Assembly: GCA_030704615.1 (NCBI GenBank)
Contig: CM060732.1
Span: 54,684,001-54,748,000, forward strand
DNA: 64,000 nt
Direction of reading: 5' to 3'
From: Takakia lepidozioides
Taxonomy: Eukaryota; Plantae; Bryophyta
The translations under genes were made by a program, and so were the position numbers. This document shows positions 14,223 through 27,660 of this stretch, piece by piece (within the stretch, counting starts at the first letter, position 1; every line of letters begins with the position of its first letter). Below the pieces are notes generated by a model. It worked only from the letters and a program-made list of their open reading frames with translations. It was not told the origin of the DNA and ran no database searches.

Positions 14223-15549
14223 CAATGACATATTGTGGAGGTTCACTCATCGGCATGTTTTCAAGAATAAAACTTATGTTTTACCTCCACTCTCCATTTA
14301 TTTCTCTTCACGTGTTCAAAAATAATCTACCTTCTTTGCCAGCCTCCAGTTTTTTCTCTGAACTCATCTCTGTAACGTTTCAGGAACCTCGAGTGATTAT
14401 CCGAAGTTCCTAGTTTTTCTGATATCACTGTTTCTTTCTCTTTGCGGTTCCTCTCTCACACTGCACCCATTTCTGTTGGTTCTCACCAAAGTGTCTTCTC
14501 CTCAACAGATTCGCTCATGTCATTCATTCTGGGTCCACATAGTCGTATTGTTGGGCAGGGTATTCATGATTGGTCTAAAAAACGTCTTAAATATAAATCG
14601 CGTGGCAATTTATGAAAGTTGTTGCTTCAATGGACAGGCTTTTCTCGCGGTTTACTGCTTGTTGAGTTCAATACCACTTAACTTTTGGCCTTAATCATGT
14701 CGTGAACCTCCAATAAGCGTTCGACGTTCCAAGTCATTCTGATGCTATGTGAATCTTCTTTCATTATTTGCCAGCTTTCTGTAAGTCTGGCTCCAAGTAC
14801 AAAGTTACATTTTCTTCATTGTCTTTTCAGATTATCTTAAGATTCTCCTTAATTTTCTTCGTCACTAACCAGTCTTGAACCTCGTTTTGCCACCCAACAT
14901 TCTTTGTCATCTCAGGTCAATTTATCTCGGGTCTGTTTATCTTATTAGGACCTTCTAAAGACAATACTTCTGGGGCCATTCATATTTAACTAAATCATTT
15001 ATTTGAGCTTGGTACTAATAGTACCAAAAACTAGTATATTACTCATAATATTAATCTTGCAAGTTCTATGCTAGTGATCCTTTTTCTGATGTCAATATCT
15101 TGTTTCTCCAACCCATTTACATTTGAGTTTTATATTGTCCTCACCTTAAACCATATACCCTAAAACCTAATTCGAATGTTTGATGCGCATTCTTCAATGT
15201 GGGGCATAATAAAATGGTTGGGATATTTCATTCAACACGTCAATATGAAACCAAAATACCATTAAAAATACCATCAAAATACCCGAAATGGGAAATACGC
15301 CTAAAACTGTGGCATCCATTCCACAACATTCTGCAATTACAATTGTAAGTTTTACAATAACAATTACAATGATGACAAAATAACCTCATAAGGCTCCATT
15401 GATGCTAACCCAGGAAGACCCTGCTTCCTCCCAAATTGACGAAGAGAAGATGGATCACGGTATAAAAAAAAAACCTCCAGTACATACGGACATAGAAGAG
15501 ACCAGAGCAATTTTGTTTTTGGGAACAATACGAAAAACAAAAACAAAAA

Positions 15550-16190
15550 AAACAGAGCAAAAGTGATTGTTGGCACCGATCATCACTTTTGCTCTGTTTT
15601 TTTCTCTTTTAAGAAAAAAATCGGAAAAACAAAAAAAAACAAAAAAAAAAACAAAAGTGATTGTCGGCACCGATCATCAGAAGATCGGTGCCAACAATCA
15701 CTTCTGCTCTGCTCTATTTTTTTGTTTTTTTTTTTCCCATATTTTTCCCCCAAAAACAAATGAAAAAACAGAGCAGAAGTGATTGTCGGCACCGATCATC
15801 ACTTCTGCTTTGCTCTGTTTTTTTTGTTTTTTTTTTCTTCTTCTCTGTATTGTTCAACAACAAAAAAAAAACGAGCAGAAATGATGATCGGTGCCGACAA
15901 TTACTTTTGCTCTGTTCTAACAAGTTGAGACACGCTTCTTTGTGCCGCAGCTCCTCTCTGGACAGCCGCACTACATTGCTTCACTGATGCAAATACAGAG
16001 CAGAGCAGAAGTGATTGTCGGTGTCGATCATCACTTCTTCTCTGCTCTGTTTTTTTTTTTTTTTTTTTTTCCCGCATATTATTTATTAATATATTTTTAT
16101 TTTTATTTTAAATATAAGTGATGATCACTTCTGATCTGTTTTGGCATTTGGGTAGAGGTGATGATCGTCGACGATCATCACTTCTGTTGA
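15550..16190. repeat. Array of ~6-7 palindromic units (CAGAGCAGAAGTGATTGTCGGCACCGATCATCACTTCTGCTCTG) separated by poly(A)/poly(T) spacers
   Basis: Units at ~15553, 15654, 15769, 15872 (inverted), 15996, and degenerate copies at 16117 and 16158. Confidence 0.85.
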
Positions 16191-16789
16191 TACTTGATAT
16201 TTGATTTCCAAACATGCAAGGGCTTAGTATGTAGACCATATCTAAATCAATCTATTCCATTTGGGCGATTTTTTCGTAAGAAAACATCAATTCCACTTCG
16301 GCTAACTTTAATGGTTGGGGATCTGCACTGGAAACTGCTACTACACCTTGTTATCGACTGATACAAAAGCTTGTTGAAACTAGCACACTCATTCTCCCTT
16401 TCATGGGAGGGATAAAGGTCTCACTTCGGCAATCGCACACTTATCAAATCGCAGTTTATGACACAAGGTGCGGCGGTGGGATGGATGTTAAAGATGTAGT
16501 GTGCAATGACTGGAAAAGGTAAATCATTCCGTGGAAATATGCACCTATCTCACGCCTCTGGGCTCACGATCTAGCATTCCCCCCTTCCGCCTGTTCTGTC
16601 CGCGGTTATAGGTCCGTGCCTATGGAAATGATGTGGCATGACGTGACATGGCGTCAACCACGCTGGCGAGGACTGTTGACGTGCCGTAACACCCGTGAAC
16701 CAACGTGGCAAGAACTGCTGACGTGGCGTGAGCTTGACTGCGCTCACGTGGCCAGGCTCACGCGGAGGCATCCCCCGATTGGATACAAT

Positions 16790-17258
16790 ATGTGGTTGGG
16801 ATATTTCATTCCCAAATTTCATAGGTGACAAGTCATTTGTCCATTCCCATGTTTTCTTTTCCATTCATACCGAGTTTTAGATTTTAGTACCCTAGCAAAC
16901 TCTATACCCTAAAACCTAATTCCAATGTTTGATGCTTATTTAATTTATTGCTTCCAATTCTGGGTACAGTCGAAGTGGTGGGGACAATATTTCATGAATT
17001 GTTTTACGTCCATGAAAAGACTCAGACTCCATAATTATTTTGTCCATTTACTATTTTCTAAAACCCTAAACCCTAAACCAAACTCCACTGTTTGATTCAC
17101 ATTCTTCATATAAATTTGAATACAATCTGTGGTTGGGATATTTCATTAACAAATTTTCATAGGTGACAAGTCATTTGTACACTTTCCCATATTTTCTCCA
17201 TTCATACCCAGTACTGTGTTTTGTACCCTAGCAAACTCTATACCCTAAAACCTACTTA
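16790..17258 (+). repeat. ~130-bp direct repeat (16790-16920 / 17127-17258), with partial copies near 15155-15230
   Basis: tgtggttgggatatttcatt...ataggtgacaagtcatttgt...gtaccctagcaaactctataccctaaaaccta occurs twice. Confidence 0.75.
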
Positions 17259-18434
17259 CAGTTTGGTTCAATGAAATCTACATGACACTCTTCCACAATA
17301 TTTGGTTGTCTGAGTGATCCCTAAATATTTTGAAACATAATTCACATGTTTCATTGACATCCAACCTTATTCCATTCAACGTTTTATCCATCAATTGAAA
17401 ACTTGCAATACATTGGTTCATGATACTACTATACTTTAAGCATGGTATGGATGTTGACTTTTCTCACATTCTACAAACCCCCCGAAGGGGAGTCTATCCC
17501 ACCATGTGTTCATATGTGGATTGCTAGCATGTAGCCCAATGGTAATGGGCACAACCACGTTGGATGTGGTTGTGGGTTCAAACCACGGTCTAGTGTGTCG
17601 TGAAGGTGTCCACCTTTCAGCTGGAAGGCAGTAGCCCTTGCGGTGAAGAGCAGTGTTTTTTTTTTCAAATTTGGAAAAGAACAGGACTGGCTACTGAGTT
17701 TTGCAGGAAATAGCCATATTTTCTGCTCATCCACTGAAATTTGGACAGAATCATCCTCCTCTGTACTTTCATCCATGTCAATCATCCATATTAGGCGAAT
17801 TCATCCAAGATTTATATTTGCTTTTGAGAATTTTGGCGATTTCATCCATGAGAAAATAAGGAATTTACGACAGAATATTCGATTTTGATTTTTGAGGTCG
17901 AAAAAGTGCGAAATTTCGCCAGAAATAAAACTTGGTGAAGAGACACGGGCCATAAGTTATGCTCCCTTCGGGGCGTCATATATATAATATATATATTTTT
18001 TGTGGGTTGCCAAAGGGGCAGTTTCATGGGTTCAAATACCACCCACGCAAAGCTACTTACATGCACAAGTGGGTGGGGGGATGCACATGTGAAATAAAAC
18101 CAGATCCTTTACATTCTACTGCTCCTTACAGCCACATCTGTCAGTGGTTCACATTTGCCTAGTTGATCCCCCCCTTTCTTGGAGCAAGCACTGTTTGTAG
18201 AATACTTGTCCATTTTAGCTCAGTCTTCTTTTGATGTATGCAGGAGGTCAACTACATGAAAACCTCCCTACTACAGCCTCATGAGTCTGATTTGAAATCG
18301 TCATCCAAAACTTCAAAATGCCAAAAATAATTTATTATTTTGTTTTACATGACCAAAAATTGAGCCCCACACCCAAGGGGGGGGGGACTGTGAGATCTTC
18401 ACCGACTGGCCCACAATTTGGACAGGGTGTGCAG

Positions 18435-18786
18435 CAGTGTTGGGCGGTTATTTGAATTTCTCTCTAATACCCGGCGGTTACCTATCTGGTTATATGTATA
18501 TGTGACCGGCAGAGGTGAAAAAATGAAGTAACCGGTCCAGTTAGAAACCGGCGGAGGTCACGCATTCAAATAACGGAGCAAAAAACCTCTTAAAGAACTG
18601 CCCAATACCCGCGGTTATATGATCAAACCCGCCGGTTATTTGAGGTTTTTGCAAGTAACCGTAACCGGCCGGTTATATGTAGCAATAGAAAATTTAATAA
18701 CCGCAACCGCAGGTTAGTAGTTTTCTAAAATTTGAAGCAACCGGAACCCCCGGTTATGAAAAAAAACAAATAACCGCCCAACAATG
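18435..18786. mobile_element. hAT-type MITE, 352 bp
   Basis: TIR cagtgttgggcggttatttg / caaataaccgcccaacaatg. Perfect 8-bp TSD gtgtgcag (18427-18434, 18787-18794). Many internal AACCG motifs. Confidence 0.9.
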
Positions 18787-19791
18787 GTGTGCAGCCAGTA
18801 GGTAGCGTCAGATTGTCCGGTCAGTTCTTAAGAAAAACTAACAATGACCAAATTACATCCTTTTTCCGGCCATGGGGTCCCTTTTTCGGAGTTGGTAAAA
18901 AAAAAGGACTGCGGGCGTTTAAGGGTTAAGAGGCTTATTTATTCATTTGTTGTTACTTCAATGTTAAAAAGTGGAAAAGAAAAGTGTGTATAATAATATC
19001 AATATGATTCGATTCCACGCCTCGCACTTCCGACTATGGACCATGTACCCAACCTTGGCCACAAATCTATCCCTTAGATTTCTGCTTCGCTTAGTGTCTG
19101 CCACTCCCATTCTCATGTACATCTTATGGCCTCCTGCAATGATATTTTTTCCTTAACCGCGATATTTACGTGCGACCCGATCTTGCTTTCCTCTAACTTT
19201 CCGATAGTTTATTCCGATGAGGGATGGTTAACGACTCCAGCATGTAGCCCGCAAAGCAAGATTTGTTGTGGAGTTTTTAAGTAATGTAATTCAAAGCAAA
19301 GTAATTCACCTTTGATATAAAGTTAAGGGCCTCCATCCCCTTTCTGTTAAAAAAAAAGAAAAAAAATGCGGCAATTTGTGGTGCCGGGCTGCAGCATGTG
19401 GCTGCCCCAGCTGCCCAAATCTGCATACTTGGCCCTAAACTGTTTTATGGAGCGGATCCAAGGCCAAGACGTACTCAGGGAATTTATACATACAGACCAT
19501 GCAACTAGACTATTCGTCAAGTGGTCTCCCACAAACGTAGGCAATTGCTAGCACCAAAAAACAGATCACACAAGCCATTGTTCTCTTGCCACTAGCTAAG
19601 TTACTATGCAACCCGCTTGCATGCCTACCTTGCATGTGTCGGCACCATGCAAATTCTTGCCTTCCTTCTGAACATCTCATAAGCTATGTATGCAAACTAA
19701 GAAGTCAACTAAGAACGAAAGCTCAGCTGCCTGACACTGTAAGATACTCCATCAAGAACAAAAGGCAGATCCCAGGACGTGTGACTACACT

Positions 19792-20505
19792 TTAGTGCCT
19801 AAACTGAGTGACCATAACCATGCCGTAACAATGCCTAGTAAACTTTTTGAATAAAGCGTCCAGAGAGGAAGGAAGAAAAGACCATGATCCCTGCACTCCG
19901 TCATAAACCACCGTTCTTTGATTTCTACGCTTCAAGACCAGCAGATCACCATACCCCCAGCATGAGCAACTGTCGACATACAAGTTATCACCTGAGTCAT
20001 CCTGAGTGTCGGGCGCTCTTGCAAGCTTCTTCCACTTCATTGTCGAGACCTCATACTCAAAGATGTGCATGGCTTTCGGGATACCATACCTACCGCCCTC
20101 AGTACCCCCGACAAGGAAGAGACGGTCGCGACACACTGCAAGGACATGATCAACAGCCCGACACCGGAATATGAGCCTCACTCCATATACCATTGTCAAG
20201 GTCATATGTCCACATACGCCTCTTGCAAATGACATACCAAATCTTTCCCATCACCTTTGCTCGTATCTCTCTGGTCTCCCTCTGTACCGGCGAGTTTCCA
20301 GTCTTAATACAGCAGTTCGAGATTGAGTCGTACACTCGCGTCCTCAATCTACCATAGTCGGAGGTTACTACAATAACCTTGAAGGTCTTAGTGGATTTGT
20401 CCACCACAATTTGCCTTAGCACCACCTCTTCATGGAATGCAGTAGAAGACCATGCTGGAAGTTGTCTCCGGCGCTTGGAAGCAGGGTTGTACACAGTGTA
20501 GACTC
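19792..20505 (-). pseudogene. 3' half of an F-box (kelch-like/beta-propeller) gene, frameshifted
   Basis: VYNPASKRRRQLP...FKVIVV...TRVYDS...MWTYDLDNGIWSE...LFLVGG...YEVSTMKWKKLAR...YDGVQGSWSFLP. Fused directly to Copia RNase H start (IIWCSKKQ). Confidence 0.8.
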
Positions 20506-23500
20506 TTGCTTCTTTGAACACCAAATGATAGCACTTTGCCCAAGACGAAATACGTAGCGAGTTGTTGAGTGGCGATTTTCGGAGTCTCCTGCCCAGTCTG
20601 CGTCAGTGAAGCCGTTTAGGATGTCATCTGTGCCTTTCTCAAAGAACAACCCAAAATCAGCCGTTCCCTTTACGTATCTGAATATCTGCTTGACTGCCTC
20701 CAAGTGGGTTTGTTGGGGTTTCGACATGAACCGACTCACCACCCCTACAGAATATGCTAGATCTGGGCGAGTGTTTGTTAAATAGATTAATTTTCCCACC
20801 ATTCGCCTGTACAAGGTCGCATCAATCGCTGGTGCTCCCATGTCACTGATCAGCTTCAAGCCTTCTATCATAGGAACACAGTGAGGGTTACAGTCAACCA
20901 TATTAAATTCCTCCAGCATTTTCTTGATATAACCACGTTGTGTCAACATGATCCCATTATGCAAATGTATGAACTCTGCTGCTCTGTCATATCAAACGCA
21001 CTTTTGAGTTGAGTCCTTAGCCACTCCACCTTCTCGGTATGATTCCCAGTGAGTAAGAGGTCATCAACGTAGAGAATAAGCATCACGATCTTTCCATTGC
21101 CTTCTTCACGCATGTAATAGAGATTGTAATGTGCGTTGCTACGAAACAAGCCTTGCGATTTTAGGTACGTATCTATCTTTGAGTACCATGCACGCGGAGC
21201 TTGTTTGAGGCCGTATAGTGCCTTGAGCAGCTTACATACCTTTGATGCGTTCCCTGGTGATGCAAATCCATGTGGTTGCTCCATAAACACTTCCTCCTTT
21301 AGTTCCCCATTCAAGAAGGCGATTTTTACGTCCAAGTGGTAGATAGGCCAACCTGAGTGTGCAGCAAAGGCAACCACCGCCCTTATAGTACCCATTTTAC
21401 GACAGGTGCAAATGTCTCCTCAAAGTCTATTCCTTCTGTCTGCTGAAATCCACGAGCTACCAAACGCGCCTTGAGTTTGTCTGTAGAACCATCTGTTTTT
21501 CTCTTCACACGATAAACCCATTTGGCAGTTATCAGCCTCTTTCCAAGAGGAAAGTCGACTAGTTGCCAAGTCCGATTCTTATAAATAGAATCAATCTCCT
21601 GTTGCATGGCTTCTTTCCACCTAGAAGATTTAGATGCCTCCTCAAAATTAGCTGGCTCAAAAGGGACCTCTATCGCATTCTATTAGATATGCAGGTTTCT
21701 TCGTTGTTCTCTTGGATCTTCTAGGTTGGATAACCTCTTCCTCTTGAGTCTCTGTTGTAGCCGGTGGAACAATTTCCAGATTTATAGGAGCAGATTCATG
21801 GTCCTGTGCTTGTGTCATACTTGTGTCATACTTGTGTCATCATCAGTGACAAGTTTCATGTCAGGCAGAGATGGATCTATCGGCAAATCCACATGAATGT
21901 CAATGCCAGGTGGTGACTCAGGTGTATTGTTGGGAATGATGGATATAGTAGTAGGATCTTCTGTGGAGATAACATCTTGTATAGTAATCGATTCTTCCTC
22001 ATGAAAATGGACATCCTTGCTGATATAACCTTACGAGAAGATGAGTTGTACAACCTTGTCAAGTTATTTTACCACTGTGTGAAACTAGCTAGGAAATAAC
22101 TAGCTTTTACATATTGACATTTGGGATTGGCCCAAGTGTCAATCCAGGGGTCAAGGCAGATTTAGGCCCTGGAGTGGTTATCTTCACGGCAAGCGCGGGA
22201 GGCTCATCTTTCTCGAGTTGAGCCTCACCGCGCCTAGCTATGGCGCCGTAGTGTGGATTCCCCATGGCGTGGGGTGCACTTGAATTGACTTGTATTTGAG
22301 TGATGAGGTTATATATGCATGAGTTTATGCTTAAGCTTTGTGAGCTCGCATGAGCTTGTGCTTGTATTCTTCTTCTTTATCACTCGAGAAAGATCAGCTC
22401 GTATCTGTGAGTGCCAGATACGAGTTAGTTGTAGCACTTGTGGTTTTTGCTTGAGAATGAGAGAAACCAGGTTGTTATGCAAGGAGCGCCGTGGAGCTCT
22501 TGGTTGTTAGAAGCGGAGGCGATGTGGGTTACGAGGTGGTAGACCTTGGCATTCGATCTTCAGCTTCAGAGATGAAAGCACCATACTGCAGGTAATTCCA
22601 GAGCACCTTGATGGTTTCAGATTGTGTACATGCATGAGCAAGCACGATTGGGAAGAGGACCAGTCAAGAGCAGGTTATAGTGGCTTTGGTGGCAAAGCTG
22701 AGAACTGGACTTGGGAATGCGAGCTTTCATTGTGTGAAGGATTGCAAGACCAAACGAAAGGGCTGATTTGGCTTGGGGCAAATCAGTGCACTTTGTGGAG
22801 TATGGTGAGATTGGGTTTCAATCTCGAGCTTCAGCATTGAGAGGGCTCTTGTCATGGCAAGAGCAAGGCTGGAACAAGAGCTAAGAGGTGCGGCAAGGCC
22901 ATGGAATGTGCACCTAGGGTGTCAGAGCTTGGAAGAAGAGCTCTTGCACCACAAGAGGAGTGTCTTGTGGCTGGAAATGTAAGCCTTAGGGTTTCAAGAG
23001 CTTGGCAAAGGCTGTGGAGTGCTTAGTCTTGTCTTAGAGAGCATCAAGGAGTCAAGGAGCCAAGATAGGGGGCTGATACCTCTTGTGTGAAGAGGTTGCA
23101 TGTGTGGAGCATGTATTCAGCTCATTGAAGCTTCCATCTTCAAGCTTGGAGGGCAAGCAAGGAAGCGGGAAGGGCTGACTTCCCTTATGTGAGGGCAATG
23201 CATGTGTGGAGCATGCTTTTGGCCTGTTGAAGGCTTGTACTTTCAAGTTTGGGAGTGCAAGAAAGGAAGGAAGGGGCTGGTTTCCCTGTAGGGCATGTAT
23301 GGAGCATGCTTCCAGCCCGCTGAAGCTTGTATTTTCAGGTTGGTGGGTGCAAGAAAGGAAGCAAAGGGGCTGATTCTCTTGTGGTGAGAGTGGGGCATGT
23401 GTGGAGCATGCCTTTGTAGAGTGTGTTCTTAGTTGGGGTTTCAACCTCAAGCCTAGATAGAGCATGGCTCTTGAAGTGGCAGATATAGGGGGCTGGAATA

Positions 23501-23824
23501 GGCTCTAAAACAGATGTTATGGCCTCGGTAAACGCTTGAATGAGTGCTCCCAAGGGCTGGAAACCAGCAAGGCTTGGTTGTTTGCCATTGAGTTTAGTGG
23601 CGTGTTTGGGGAGTCTAAGTGAGAAAGAAGGCTTGGTTTGTGGCAACCATCTTCCTCATGGCTTAGGGCTACTATTGGTGGTGTGTGGGAGCCGAAAGAG
23701 CAAGAATATCTTGCTGATTTCTTCACAGCCGCCATAGCTCAGTGCAAAGAAGCCTAGAGTCCAAGAGACACAAACCCTAACTTGGCGTGGCTAAACCCCT
23801 TGAGAAATGGCTAAACTGCCATGA

Positions 23825-24420
23825 GTGGCCATGGATGGGGCTGTGAGGGGCTGTGACAGGCTGTGCCCTGTGGCCTGTGGGGCTGTGAGGGGCTGTAACA
23901 GGCTGTGATGGGCTGTGATGGGCTGTGGCGGGCTGTGATAGGCTATGCCATGTGGCCTATGGGGCTGTGACGGGCTGTGACAAGCTGTGGTGGGCTGTGC
24001 CCTGTGGCCTGTGGGGCTGTGATGGGCTGTGACAGGCTGTGGCGGGCTGTGACAAGCTATGCCCAGTGGCCTGTGGGGCTGTGACGGGCTGTGACGGGCT
24101 GTGACAGGCTGTGCCCTGTGGCCTGTGGGGCTGTGACGGGCTGTGAGGGGCTGTGGCCTTTGGGGCTGTGACCCCTGTGACCTGTGTAGGGCTGTGGCAG
24201 GCTGGGACAGGCTGTGCCCTGTGGGGCTGTGAGGGGCTGTGTTAGGCTGTGGCCTTTGGGGTTGTGATGGGCTGTGACAGGCTGTGACATGTGGCCTTTG
24301 GGGCTGTGACAGGCTGCGGCCTGTGGGGCTGTGACCCTGTGACCTGTGTACGGCTGTGACAAGCTGTGGCCTATGTGGGGTTGTGACGGCTGTGACCAGT
24401 GAGCTGTGTGGGCCTGTGCT
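23825..24420 (+). repeat. GGGCTGTGAC-type ~9-10-bp minisatellite in the 5' leader of the split-repeat element
   Basis: Dozens of degenerate ggctgtga/ggcctgtg units. Reverse-complement copy at 51081-51480. Confidence 0.9.
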
Positions 24421-25217
24421 GGTCTGTGGTAGCCCGTGTTGACCTGTGGACAACCTGTGCTGACTCGTGGAGGCACTGGTGGACTGCCTAAGGACTGGCA
24501 TGTGGTCTTGAAGGCCGAATTTTGAAGCTCGTGGAGGGCGGTTTGAGGAGTATCTTCATGATATTCCCATGGTCATGCAAGCGAGGGAAGAGAGGAGAGG
24601 AAGAGTGTTGGGATGAGGGCATGCCGGGGTTAGGCATTGCTTTAGCTTCTCTTCTTCGTAGTTTCCACCCTCTCATTAGGCCAAGACCTTTCCGTAGGTG
24701 GAGGCAAGAGTCAGTCCGGGTTTGGGTTGGGGTGTCATTGCAGGAGCAACACCGTGGAGTTGTTTTTGGTGTGGGGGAGTTGTCATTCTGATTTCTTGTG
24801 TTTGGATCCCCTCCATACCTGCATGCTTGACTGTGCGCCATGCTAGTTTTGTGTGGGCGCTTGTTTTTATAGGTGATTGGTCCGGATTTGATCACCGGCC
24901 AGTCCTAGAGCATGTTGTCGATGGTGAGGCTAGGGTGATGACCAGCTAGACCATCATTGTTTCTCCTGTGGTGAGGTTGGAGGTGATGACCAGCCAACCA
25001 TAGGAGTGTTTGCGGTGGATGCAGGTACATGTGTAGGCTATGTTAGGAACCTAGTATTCCAAACCATAAGCCGCAACAGGTTCTCTACCCGGTTACCTTG
25101 TGGAGAGGGGGTTAGAGACATGTTCATGACCGGTTGAATGACAGTTTGTCAACACGGAGGTGCCACTAGTTGCTGGGGATAGTGCCGGTTCGAGCACTAG
25201 CGATACTAGTGGGTACA

Positions 25218-27660
25218 TGAGACGAGGTATGCAGTTTAGGCCACCTTCACCTCCTGTGTCTTCTACGGAAGGTTTTGATTCGGATTGTGAATCAGGAGGA
25301 CTCATACCGGCGGTGCAAGTTGTTTCCTTGCCATTGTTGTGGGACACAATGGAGGAGATGTATGGAGTTACCAAGGGGCCACGAAGGTACTCTGGGGCGG
25401 TGGGCACCATCGAGTTGGATGATTTTATCCAAGAGTTTGATAGTTGGTGTGATTTGCAGCAAATGCGCAATCCACAACTATTTACACCTTTCATGGCATG
25501 GAAGGGGCTGTTTCAGCAACCTGAGGGGCCGCCTATGGATGATTACCATGAGTTCAGGCGGGGGCATGAGGTTGAGATCGAGGAGGAGGATGTACTGGTC
25601 ACCCGACTATGTCTCCATCACTAGGGGCACTAGAGCCACGAGGGCAGTGGCTACACCTGCCGCTGCACCGGCAGCTTTAGCAAGCAGCAGTGGGACTAGT
25701 GGGACTGGTGGTACAGTAGCTACGACGTCCACCCAAGCCACTACCGCACCAGCAGTACCCATGCCTGCCTTCAACCCTATTGTGGAGTGCTTCGAAGAGT
25801 TGAGAGGGAACTACCAAGGGGTGAAGACAAAGAAGTTGCGGAGCTTGCAAGAGTTCCAACGGAAGCCGACTGAGAGCTTGAGGGAGGCTTTCACTCGCAT
25901 GAGGCGCTTGATAAATGTAACCCAAGGGGTTACGGAAGCTCAGGCAGTCCAATTCCGGTATGGGATATTGGACAAGGAGCTGAGGAGAAGGGTGGGGGAT
26001 GCAACTCTCCTACAAGCGGCCCAACCCACCTTAGCAAATGTGTTTTTGCTGGCAGAGCAGATAGAGCTCAACATGGTGGAGGAACGAGTGGTCATGGTGG
26101 GATTTGCTAAGGAGACACCACGGGGTAGTGGTGCTCCTAGCCAACCACTACCTCAACGTGCCCAAGGCAACAAGGGGGCTCAGGTGAAGCTCATGGAAGG
26201 GCAGAGAGGACCTCAGATGCAGGGGTCTCTCCCTTCATTTGCTGGCCAACAACGGGCGGATGTGGTGTGCTGGACATGTGGAAAACCCCATGTCAAGAAG
26301 GATTGCCCAGAGGGAGGCAAAGGGTCGGCACATGCACAACCTGCACAATTGTAGTGTGGGCATTGTGGCAAGCACGGGCGTGGAGAGGCCCAGTGTTATG
26401 GTTTGCATCCTGAGTTGCGCCCAGGCTAGTTCCAAGGGAACAATGGTGGCCGGGGGCGAGGTGGAGCAGCCCAGAGAGGACGAGGTGGCCAGGCACGAGG
26501 TGCAGGCCAAGGGCAAGCTTAATATGGCCAAGGACGCGGAGGTCACGGTGTTGACCAAGGCATGGCCAACCGGCTTCAGCAGCTAGAGCAGAAGCTCGCT
26601 GCCATGGCTACAGCTCAGGTGGTACCGGCTCCAAGGCCGGATGGTCCACCTCCTGCTCCTGAAGGAGGAGATATGGGAAGCATGGGATTCGTGTGCGGAG
26701 CAGCACTACCACTAGTGCAGGTGGAGTTTGCTGCAGCCGTGACTCGAGGAGCAGCACGAGTTCCTGAGCCACGAGGTGCAGAGGTGGAGTTGGATCCACA
26801 GCGTGGGGAGGCGAGCCGTCAGGCTAGGCTTCCTCAGTCATTCACATTGGCGGAGACAGTATCAACGCCATCCAGGCACCTAGTTCTCGCCCGACTGTTA
26901 CCGAGGCGGAGGTTACTATGTCATTGGGGAGAGCTACACGGGTAGCACCACTACCTAGTGTTGCCAAGGCTACGGCAGCTAGTGTGCTGCTAGGAGCGGC
27001 CACATCTGTGTGCCAGGCTCCATTGTTCTCGGCTACCATGATTGCGACGCCGGGGGTAAGACCAGCTGAGGTGTTCAGGCTGGCAGCTACACTCTGTGAG
27101 AGTGGGGAGGTTACTTCATCTTCTTCGGAGATAGTGGGAGGTGAAGTGCCGGAGGGATCCTCGGATTTGAGGGTCAAGACTGCCACGGCGGCGCCATGAC
27201 AAGCTGCAGCTGCCAGGTTGATGGAGCTGTCAGCTAGGCCAGCCATTGAGCGCGCCATGGTTACACCTGGAGTTGTCATGTTAGACAACCAGGATGGCAT
27301 TTTCTGTTTGAGTGGACCGACAGGCAAGAGTTACCGGCCACTACGGGTCTTGTTGGACTCGGGAGCATTGATGCTGGGCAGAGCTGCTATTGCAGGCTTG
27401 GGCCTCACGGAGGCGGATATGAAGCCTTGTCCTTTCCAGATACAGACGTCTCTGGGAGGATCGGAGCAGGCTCGGGGCATGACACGGCGTGAGTTGGCTA
27501 TCAGACTACGGCCGGATCACCCTACAGATGGCTCAGTGATGCGAGCGAAGGCCATTGTGACAGACGCGGTCTCGTACGATGTCCTGGTTGGTGGGGCAAT
27601 GTTGTACCCCATGGGCTTCATCCCTGGATTTTTGGGAGGAGTCAGCTTCCTATAGGCCTG
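25218..27660 (+). pseudogene. Gag (two zinc knuckles) and aspartic protease of the split-repeat element
   Basis: ELDDFIQEFDSWCD, QRKPTESLREAFTRMRRL, CWTCGKPHVKKDC and CGHCGKHG..EAQC knuckles. Protease RVLLDSGA (~27345) and YDVLVGG. Several frameshifts. Confidence 0.8.

Noticed and set aside
15550-16190. CRISPR array
   Set aside because: Spacers are homopolymer runs, units occur in both orientations, there are no cas genes, and the context is eukaryotic.
17061-17078. Telomeric array
   Set aside because: Only about two AAACCCT units (telo-box-like).
17520-17600. tRNA gene
   Set aside because: Only A/B-box-like motifs (TAGCCCAATGG, GGTTCAAACC) and no cloverleaf; more likely a SINE relic.
23791-24501. 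236-aa Pro/His/Ser-rich ORF (and the 51161-51478 ORF)
   Set aside because: Artefact of translating the minisatellite.
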